64,000 nt of DNA from positions 69,387 through 133,386 of the forward strand of contig VBOW01000013.1 in the NCBI GenBank assembly GCA_005893275.1, written 5' to 3'. A program made the translations under genes and the position numbers. The number at the start of each line of letters is the position of its first letter. The stretch's first letter is position 1. The notes below the pieces were generated by a model. The model ran no database searches and had not been told where the DNA came from. It was given only the letters and a program-made list of their open reading frames with translations. This DNA comes from Candidatus Eiseniibacteriota bacterium (GTDB lineage Bacteria > Eisenbacteria > RBG-16-71-46 > SZUA-252). Positions 57,661 to 64,000 of this stretch are shown here, piece by piece.

Positions 57661-58311
57661 GTGCCGGGACGGTACATTGCGGTCGAGGGCGTCATCGGAG
57701 TCGGAAAAACAAGCCTGGCGAAACTTCTGTCCGAGCGTCTCCACGCCAAGTTGATCCTCGAGGAGCCGGAGGGAAACCCGTTCCTCGAGGATTTCTACAA
57801 AGATCCCCGGCGGTACGCCTTCCAGACCCAGATGTTCTTTCTCGTGAATCGGTACCAGGAGTTGAAGCAGAGAACGCAGCCCGATCTCTTTCACGAAGGA
57901 ATCGTGAGCGACTATATGTTTCAGAAGGACCGGATTTTCGCGAATATCAACCTGAGCGATCGGGAGCTTCATATCTACAACCAGATCGCGCCGCTTTTGG
58001 AGCGGGATCTCGCGCCGCCGGACCTCGTCGTCTACCTGCAGGCGGGTTCCGATGTCCTCCTGGAGCGCATCCACCAGCGGGGTCGCGGGTATGAGCGGCT
58101 GATGGAACCCAAGTACATCGGGACCCTCGTCGAGGCGTACAATTACTTCTTCTTCCATTTTCGCGAGGCGCCGCTCCTCGTCGTGAACACGAATGAGATG
58201 AATTTCGTGCATCGGAGGCAGGATTTGGAGGACCTGATCGCCCGCATCGAGACCCACCGGGACGGGATTGCTTACGTGAGCCCAAGCTCGAGCGCGGAGG
58301 AGAGATCGTGA
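57661..58311 (+). CDS. Deoxynucleoside kinase
   Basis: YIAVEGVIGVGKTSLAKLL (P-loop), FQTQMFFLVNRY, ERIHQRGRGYE. Confidence 0.8.
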   Translation: MPGRYIAVEGVIGVGKTSLAKLLSERLHAKLILEEPEGNPFLEDFYKDPRRYAFQTQMFFLVNRYQELKQRTQPDLFHEGIVSDYMFQKDRIFANINLSDRELHIYNQIAPLLERDLAPPDLVVYLQAGSDVLLERIHQRGRGYERLMEPKYIGTLVEAYNYFFFHFREAPLLVVNTNEMNFVHRRQDLEDLIARIETHRDGIAYVSPSSSAEERS

Positions 58312-59168
58312 CGACCGATCCTCGGATCACACGCCCGAAGGTCACCGTTCGCACGATCCGTGACATGAAGACGCAGCGTGTGCGGATCGTTTCCGTGACG
58401 GCGTACGATTACCCCAGCGCGCGGCTCGCCGACGAGGCGGGCGTCGACCTGATCCTGGTCGGCGACTCGGTCGGGATGGTCGTCCTGGGATACGAATCGA
58501 CGATCCCGGTGACCTTGAGCGAGATGGCACATCACCTGAAGGCGGTCCTGCGCGCCCAGCCGCGGGCCCTCGTGGTGGCGGATCTGCCGTTTCTCAGCTT
58601 CCAGACGGGCCCCGAGGACGCCGTGCGGAACAGTGGACGCTTGATGAAACGGGGCGCCGAAGCCGTAAAGCTCGAGGGAGGGAGGCGGATGTTGCCGCAG
58701 ATCCAGGCGATCCTTGCCGCCGACATCCCGGTGATGGGGCATCTCGGCCTCACCCCCCAGTCGGTGCATCAGTTCGGCGGGTACCGGGTGCAAGGACGGG
58801 ACCCCGCCGCGGCTGACACCCTCCGGAACGATGCGATCGCGCTCGAGCGCGCCGGGTGTTTCGCCGTCGTCCTGGAGGGCGTGCCCCTCGAGCTCGGCAG
58901 GGAGATCACCGGGAGCCTGCAGATCCCCACGATCGGCATCGGCGCCGGCGTCCACTGCGACGGTCAGGTGCTCGTGCTCCATGACCTGGTTGGGTTGAGC
59001 TTTGGGAAGCCCGCCCGATTCGTGCGGCGCTACGCCGAAGCGGGGGAAACGATCCGGAACGCGATCTCGGCCTTTCGCGAGGACGTGCGGGCAGGTCGGT
59101 ATCCCTCGGACGAGGAGAGCTACGCCGCGGCGCCGGAGAGACCCGAAACGAAGCCGTGCGGATCGTAA
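58308..59168 (+). CDS. panB: 3-methyl-2-oxobutanoate hydroxymethyltransferase
   Basis: VTAYDYPSA, LVGDSVGMVVLGYEST, VKLEGG, GHLGLTPQS, IGIGAG..CDGQVLV. Confidence 0.95.
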   Translation: MTTDPRITRPKVTVRTIRDMKTQRVRIVSVTAYDYPSARLADEAGVDLILVGDSVGMVVLGYESTIPVTLSEMAHHLKAVLRAQPRALVVADLPFLSFQTGPEDAVRNSGRLMKRGAEAVKLEGGRRMLPQIQAILAADIPVMGHLGLTPQSVHQFGGYRVQGRDPAAADTLRNDAIALERAGCFAVVLEGVPLELGREITGSLQIPTIGIGAGVHCDGQVLVLHDLVGLSFGKPARFVRRYAEAGETIRNAISAFREDVRAGRYPSDEESYAAAPERPETKPCGS

Positions 59169-60031
59169 CCCGCGGGGCCGACCTGCGCGCGCTCTCCCGT
59201 CGCGCGCGCCAGAGCGGTATGAGCGTGGGTTTCGTCCCGACCATGGGCTATCTTCATGAAGGTCATCTCGCCCTGATCCGGCGGGCCCGAAGCGAGCATC
59301 ACCGAATCGCGGTCTCCGTATTCGTGAACCCGCTCCAGTTCGGGCCGAAGGAGGACTTCGGCCGATATCCCCGAGACGAGGTCCGCGACGTTCGCCTGTG
59401 TCGCGACGCGGGCTGCGACTGGTTCTTTCTGCCTCGCGTTCGCGCGCTCTATCCCCCCGGCTTCTCGACCACCGTCGCCCCCGGGCCGCTCGCGGCGCTT
59501 TGGGAAGGGGTGGAACGGCCCGGGCACTTCCGCGGCGTCGCGACGATCGTGCTGAAGCTGCTGAATCTGGTGGAACCGGACATGCTCTATCTCGGGCAGA
59601 AGGACATCCAGCAGGCGCGCATCGTCCAGAGCATGGTGCGCGATCTCGACCTCTCGACCCGCGTCACCATTTGTCCCACCGTGCGCGAACGGGACGGGCT
59701 CGCGCTCTCCTCACGGAACGTCTATTTGGGCCCCGCGGAGCGCCTACGCGCGACGGGGATGATCCGGGCGATGCGTGAGGGTCGCGCCCTGGCGCGCTCC
59801 GGGACCCACGACGCGCGTCCGATTCTCACGCGCGTCCGTCGGACGCTGCGCCGCGAGGCGCGTCCCGACTCGGTCGATTACCTCGCTTTGGTGGATCCCG
59901 TGACGCTGGAACCCATTCCCAAGCTCGAGCGGGGCGGGGGATTCCTCATCGGGGCCATCCGGATCGGCAAGACCCGGCTCATCGACAACCTCTTCGTGAG
60001 GCCGCCCCTCCGTCGCGCGGGGGGCGCGTGA
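59156..60031 (+). CDS. panC: Pantoate--beta-alanine ligase
   Basis: GFVPTMGYLHEGHLALI, SVFVNPLQFGP, GHFRGVATIVLKL, LGQKDIQQ. Confidence 0.9.
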   Translation: MRIVTRGADLRALSRRARQSGMSVGFVPTMGYLHEGHLALIRRARSEHHRIAVSVFVNPLQFGPKEDFGRYPRDEVRDVRLCRDAGCDWFFLPRVRALYPPGFSTTVAPGPLAALWEGVERPGHFRGVATIVLKLLNLVEPDMLYLGQKDIQQARIVQSMVRDLDLSTRVTICPTVRERDGLALSSRNVYLGPAERLRATGMIRAMREGRALARSGTHDARPILTRVRRTLRREARPDSVDYLALVDPVTLEPIPKLERGGGFLIGAIRIGKTRLIDNLFVRPPLRRAGGA

Positions 60032-60780
60032 GCGCGCGCCCCCGCTTCGCGGCGGTGGTTCTCGCCGCGGGTCTCGGCAAGCGGATGAATTCGGATCTTC
60101 CCAAGGTGTTGCATCCCGCCCTGGGGCGGCCGCTTCTCCTCCACGTGCTCGAGCAGCTCGATCCCCTGGGTCCCCAGCTCACGGTCGTGGTCGTCGGACA
60201 TCGAGCCCCGCTCGTGCGCGAGGCCCTCGCAGGACGCCAGGTGCTCTTCGCGGAGCAGGTCCCGCAGCTTGGGACCGGCCACGCGGTCCAGATGGCGTGG
60301 CCCACTCTCGAATCGGGGCCGGACACGCTCCTCGTGCTTGCCGGCGATATGCCGCTGATCCGGACGGCGACGCTCCGGCGGCTCCTCGAGCGCCACCGGC
60401 GCGAGGGAAACGCGGTAACGTTTCTCTCGGGTGTGCTCCAGGATGCTTCCGGGTACGGGCGGGTCATTCGCGACGGCAGGGGAGACTTCGTGAAAATCGT
60501 CGAGGAGCGGGATGCCACGCCCGAGGAGCGCGCGGTCTCGGAAGTGAACTCGGGGATCTATTCCTTCTCCCGGGAGCCGCTCCGGGAAGCCCTCGGATTC
60601 CTCCGCGCCGACAACCGCCAACAGGAGTATTATCTGACCGACACGCTGTCCTTCATCAGGGACCGGGGGGGTAGGATCGGGGTGGAGCGGGCGTCCGATT
60701 CCCGAGAGCTCCTGGGGGTGAACGATCCCGGGCAGCTCGCGGTGGTCGAAGAGGCGTTGCGCGCGTGGAGCGCCTCCTAG
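60028..60780 (+). CDS. Sugar-1-phosphate nucleotidyltransferase equivalent to the GlmU N-terminal domain only (no LbH acetyltransferase domain)
   Basis: AVVLAAGLGKRMNSDLPKVLHP, QLGTGHAV, LAGDMPLI, VNSGIYSF, EYYLTD. Ends at 250 aa. Confidence 0.8.
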   Translation: MSARPRFAAVVLAAGLGKRMNSDLPKVLHPALGRPLLLHVLEQLDPLGPQLTVVVVGHRAPLVREALAGRQVLFAEQVPQLGTGHAVQMAWPTLESGPDTLLVLAGDMPLIRTATLRRLLERHRREGNAVTFLSGVLQDASGYGRVIRDGRGDFVKIVEERDATPEERAVSEVNSGIYSFSREPLREALGFLRADNRQQEYYLTDTLSFIRDRGGRIGVERASDSRELLGVNDPGQLAVVEEALRAWSAS

Positions 60781-60781
60781 C

Positions 60782-61309
60782 GTGGACGTGCTCTGGGCTG
60801 GGTGGCGAATGGCCTATATCAAGAAGTCGGGCGCGGAAGGCGCCTCCAAGCGGCCCTGCCTTTTTTGTGCGATGGCACGGCTCAGGCCCGGGAAGCGAAA
60901 TCTGATCCTAGCGAGGACGCCCCGGGTGCTCGCGATGCTGAATCGGTATCCCTATAACGTGGGGCACATCATGGTCGCGACGCGACGGCACGCGGCCTCT
61001 TTCTCCGACGTGACGGACGAGGAGGCGCTCGAGCTGACGGAATGGCTGGGGCGGGTGGAGGTCGCCCTGACGCGCGAGTACAAGCCGCACGGCTTCAACG
61101 TCGGGCTCAACCTCGGCCGCGTTGCGGGAGCCGGGGTTCTGGGACACCTTCACTGGCACGTCGTGCCCCGGTGGAACGGCGACACGAACTTCATGCCGAT
61201 GACGGCGCGCACCAAGGTGCTGCCCGAAGCGTTGGACCGGACGTACGAGCGCGTCTCGAAGGCGCTCGCCGCGATGGATCGGCGGCCTGGAAAGCGCTCG
61301 CGGCGCTGA
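60782..61309 (+). CDS. HIT family protein (Ap4A-phosphorylase-like branch)
   Basis: CLFC...LNRYPYNVGHIMV, and the histidine triad GHLHWHVVPRWNGDTNFM. GTG start 1 nt after the upstream stop. Confidence 0.8.
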   Translation: MDVLWAGWRMAYIKKSGAEGASKRPCLFCAMARLRPGKRNLILARTPRVLAMLNRYPYNVGHIMVATRRHAASFSDVTDEEALELTEWLGRVEVALTREYKPHGFNVGLNLGRVAGAGVLGHLHWHVVPRWNGDTNFMPMTARTKVLPEALDRTYERVSKALAAMDRRPGKRSRR

Positions 61310-61327
61310 CGCGATCGAGGGACCGCC

Positions 61328-61747
61328 GTGTCCAAGAAGTCGCGCAACGAGTCGCCGGTTCTCGATTGGGTGCTGGGGCTCTTGTTCCTCCTGATCGCGG
61401 CGCTCGCGATGTCGGCGGCGGTTCGGGTCGGACCCCAGGCCGTCGTGAAGCCGAAGCAGCCGATCCGGATCCAGCTCTGGAACGGGAGCGGCCGGGCAGG
61501 CCTCGCCGCCGAGCTGGCGTCCTATCTGAGAGACGGCGGGTTCGATGTCTTGGAGGTGGCAAACGCGGATCGCTCGGACTATCGGGCGACGCTGGTGGTC
61601 AACCGGGGCGATAACCCCGACCCGGCGAGAGTCGTGGCCGAGTACCTGGGCACGAGCCACGTGATCCAACAGGTAGGGTCCCAGGAAATGATCGACGTCA
61701 CGGTCATCGTTGGCCGCGACGCGCGGCGGTGGACCCAGCCGCACTAA
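61328..61747 (+). CDS. LytR_C (LytR/CpsA/Psr C-terminal) domain protein, membrane anchored
   Basis: N-terminal TM VLDWVLGLLFLLIAALAM, then IRIQLWNGSGRAGLAAELASYLRDGGFDVLEVANAD. Confidence 0.7.
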   Translation: MSKKSRNESPVLDWVLGLLFLLIAALAMSAAVRVGPQAVVKPKQPIRIQLWNGSGRAGLAAELASYLRDGGFDVLEVANADRSDYRATLVVNRGDNPDPARVVAEYLGTSHVIQQVGSQEMIDVTVIVGRDARRWTQPH

Positions 61748-61800
61748 CCAAGGCGGTGCCTGCCTGAGCGGGCGGGCCCGGAGAGGTGACGAGTAACCCT

Positions 61801-62016
61801 ATGTTCAATATCGGGCCGCAGGAAATGTTCATCCTCTTCCTGATCATCATCCTGCTCTTCGGAGCGAAGCGCATCCCGGAGATTGGCAGGTCGATTGGAA
61901 GGGGGATTCAGGAGTTCAAGAAGGGCATGCGTGACGTCGAGTCGGAGATCAATCAGCCCGACAAGCCGGAGCCGCCCAAGCCGCACGCGCTCGAGGAACC
62001 GAAGAAGCCGTCGTAG
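61801..62016 (+). CDS. tatA: Twin-arginine translocase TatA/E family protein
   Basis: MFNIGPQEMFILFLIIILLFGAKRIPEIGRSIGRGIQEFKKG. The track start at 61786 is an alternative. Confidence 0.85.
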   Translation: MFNIGPQEMFILFLIIILLFGAKRIPEIGRSIGRGIQEFKKGMRDVESEINQPDKPEPPKPHALEEPKKPS

Positions 62017-62019
62017 GGA

Positions 62020-62038
62020 GCGCCGGATGCCGAGGCGC
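62020..62038. terminator. Short hairpin between convergent tatA and GAF genes
   Basis: GCGCC-N9-GGCGC lies in the 23-nt gap between the two stop codons. Weak. Confidence 0.2.
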
Positions 62039-62039
62039 C

Positions 62040-62498
62040 CTACGGCTCCAACGCCGCGGTCTCCAGCCACAGCGGCCTGATCGCGGCCGCGCATTCCTCG
62101 AGGCGGCGGCGGTCCTCCTCGCCGAACGCATTGAGGAGCTCGCTTTCCACGTCGAGCAAACCGACCACCGGTCCGGTCGGCTGCCCCAGGGCGGGAACGA
62201 CGATCTCGGAGCGCGTCGTGCCGAGCGTCGTGAGGTATCGCGGATCCTCCGCTACATCCCCGACCGCCACGGTCGTCCGGCCTTGAACCGCGGCGCCGCA
62301 GAGACCCTGGCTCGCGGGGAACCGTGGATGAGCAGGCGCATCCGGCCCGCTCCAGGCGATGACGCGGATCTCCTCGGGAGACACATCGTAGATCCCGACC
62401 CAGCGGTAGGGGCCCATCTGACGGATCGCGGCGGCGATTCGTCTGGCCTTTCCCACCCGGTCTCCGGGAAACGAGAGGATCTCCTGGAGCCTCTTCAA
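62040..62498 (-). CDS. GAF domain protein (free methionine-(R)-sulfoxide reductase-like)
   Basis: 152 aa. YRWVGIYD, QGLCGAAV, VGDVAEDPRYL, SEIVVP, LDVES are typical of small stand-alone GAF/fRMsr proteins. Confidence 0.7.
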   Translation of the reverse strand: MKRLQEILSFPGDRVGKARRIAAAIRQMGPYRWVGIYDVSPEEIRVIAWSGPDAPAHPRFPASQGLCGAAVQGRTTVAVGDVAEDPRYLTTLGTTRSEIVVPALGQPTGPVVGLLDVESELLNAFGEEDRRRLEECAAAIRPLWLETAALEP

Positions 62499-62511
62499 GG
62501 TCGGATGTAGA

Positions 62512-64000
62512 TCAGGCCTCGAAATAGTTCTCCCGGAAGTCTTCGATCTTGGCGCTCTTGCGGACCGCCTGGAGCCACTCGTTGAACCGTATCTGCCGGC
62601 GATCGTTCAAGAGCTTGTTCCGGATGTCCGTGGCCTGCTTGCGGAACTCCTCCTCGGTGGGCCTCGCGTGTTCTTCGACGATGGCGACCAGGGCCGACCA
62701 GGTGCCGGTGAGCGGCTGGCTCCATGTTCCCGGGGGTGTGCCGAAGAGCCCCCCCACAATTTTTGGCTCGACGCCAAGATTCCCGAGACGACCATTCCGC
62801 GTGATGCCGGCGTCGGTGCCGACGAGGCCGCGGAACCTCTTCGCGGCTTCCGCCTCGCTCATGCCGCCCTGGATCGCGGCCCGCGCCTTCGTGGCCGCAT
62901 CGGTCGCCTGCGCCAGCTGGAGCGAATGGATGAGCTGTTCCCGCGCGAAGACCCGCGCCTGGGCGAGGGTTCTAAGCCCTTCCGGTTGCCGATCGATGAT
63001 CTGGTAGAGATACCACCCGTTCTCGGTCGGGATGGCGTGCGAGACCGATCCGACCTTCGCCGTGAAGGCCCACTTCTCGGTTTCCGGGAAACGCTTGAAT
63101 ATGTCGTTGTTGCTCCTGGTCTCCCGGAAGTAGGGCGTCTCCGAGGTCGTGACCCCGGCGCGCGTGGCGGCCTTGGCGAGCCCGCTCTTGCGCGCGTCGG
63201 TGAGAAGGGCCTGGACCGACTTCCGTATCTCGCGGATCGCCTCTGCGCCGGGTTCCACGCGAAAGGCGATCTCATGGTAATGGACCATCACCTGCTTCGA
63301 CTTCGGATCGATCCAACGCTTGTCGAGCCGGAAGAGATGGACCGACCGCTCCTCCTTCACGACGTCCGAGACCTGGCCGGGCTGGAGCGTCTTGAGCGCC
63401 GCCTGGAACTTCGGCCGCATGTCCGCGGCCGCGATGTCCATGGCGTCTCCGCCCCCCTGTGCCGAGCCGATCTCGGAGTAGGTCCGGGCGTATTTCGGGA
63501 AGGAATCGGGCTCCGCGACGATTTGCTCACGGATTCCGAGCATCCGCTCGCGGGCGACGGCAAAGTCCGGATCTCGGGGCCGACGCGGCACGAGCGCGAC
63601 CTGGAGCTTCACTTCGGGGGGACCGGTGAACTCCTCGGGATGCGATCGGTAGTAGGTCTCGATGTCCGCGCCGCCGATCCTCGACGTATCGACCGCGAAG
63701 CTGTCGGAGGGGAAATAGACGTAGCGGACCTTGAGGGTTTCGTTCACAAGCAGGAATTGGTCCCGCACGTCCGCCACCGAGACCTTGGCGGCCGAGACGA
63801 TCTGCTCCTGTAGCTTCTGTTGAGGGAGGGTTTCGGCCACATAGGCCTCGACTTGGCTCCAGGGTACCTGCGAGTTCGGGTTGTCCAACTCGGCGAGGTA
63901 CTTCTTGTAGTCGAATTGTCCGTTCGTTTGGAAGCCCGGAGCCTGCACCACGAACGGCGGCGGCGCGAAGCGGATCGAAATCTTGATCTCCTCCGGGCTC
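62512..64000 (-). CDS. Periplasmic chaperone / peptidyl-prolyl isomerase PpiD/SurA-like (5' end outside window)
   Basis: The frame stays open upstream of the track start to the window edge (...SPEEIKISIRFAPPPFVVQAPGF...). The long helical/parvulin-like layout is typical of PpiD-type proteins. The family call is by eye. Confidence 0.55.
   Translation of the reverse strand, partial: SPEEIKISIRFAPPPFVVQAPGFQTNGQFDYKKYLAELDNPNSQVPWSQVEAYVAETLPQQKLQEQIVSAAKVSVADVRDQFLLVNETLKVRYVYFPSDSFAVDTSRIGGADIETYYRSHPEEFTGPPEVKLQVALVPRRPRDPDFAVARERMLGIREQIVAEPDSFPKYARTYSEIGSAQGGGDAMDIAAADMRPKFQAALKTLQPGQVSDVVKEERSVHLFRLDKRWIDPKSKQVMVHYHEIAFRVEPGAEAIREIRKSVQALLTDARKSGLAKAATRAGVTTSETPYFRETRSNNDIFKRFPETEKWAFTAKVGSVSHAIPTENGWYLYQIIDRQPEGLRTLAQARVFAREQLIHSLQLAQATDAATKARAAIQGGMSEAEAAKRFRGLVGTDAGITRNGRLGNLGVEPKIVGGLFGTPPGTWSQPLTGTWSALVAIVEEHARPTEEEFRKQATDIRNKLLNDRRQIRFNEWLQAVRKSAKIEDFRENYFEA

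Overview
High-GC (roughly 65-70%) chromosomal segment from a diderm bacterium; the phylum cannot be determined from sequence alone. It is densely packed with about 65 protein genes, and many are chained by 1-4 nt start/stop overlaps (ATGA/GTGA/TTGA). I found no rRNA, tRNA, CRISPR array, transposase, integrase or large repeat.

Layout:
- 1-9.9 kb: a lower-GC surface-polysaccharide cluster. It holds an O-antigen-ligase-like fragment, 2 glycosyltransferases, 2 SAM methyltransferases, a heptose-activation module (gmhA, HddA-like kinase, histidine phosphatase), 2 phosphoglycosyl transferases and an SDR epimerase.
- 9.9-13 kb (minus strand): ECF sigma, FecR-type anti-sigma, Wzi-like outer-membrane protein.
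- 13.1-13.7 kb: a thioredoxin-fold gene interrupted by one in-frame TGA.
- 13.7-20.5 kb: a polyphosphate island (sixA, CHAD, 2x ppx/gppA, ppk1).
- 20.5-31 kb: a second Wzi paralog, OM beta-barrels, a lipoprotein, DUF421, M42 peptidase, aquaporin, a large FAD/Fe-S oxidase, DUF2231 and a GNAT.
- 31-35.7 kb: efp, then a minus-strand operon HD - folE - GT2 - TrxR-like flavoprotein.
- 35.7-39.2 kb: envelope proteins of unknown function.
- 39.4-64 kb: housekeeping genes: valS, DUF4139, uvrB, nadC, birA, nrdR, tatC, coaX, CIRCE-groEL, murB, a kinase-STAND-TPR protein, dapL, folB, folK, dNK, panB, panC, a GlmU-N-like gene, HIT, LytR_C, tatA, GAF and a PpiD/SurA-like fragment.

The most notable observation is the TGA at 13250-13252. 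It falls exactly on the first Cys of the CxxC redox motif (U-G-G-C) and is followed by a hairpin, so this is probably an unannotated selenoprotein that the ORF track truncates. Secondary leads:
- a tightly coupled HD/FolE/GT2/flavoprotein cassette, possibly for pterin modification;
- a large phosphoglycosyl transferase that has lost its Asp-Glu catalytic dyad, sitting next to an intact small one;
- a histidine phosphatase in the position where GmhB is expected;
- an EF-P whose loop tip lacks the modifiable Lys.

All functional calls rest on motif recognition by eye; no database search was run.
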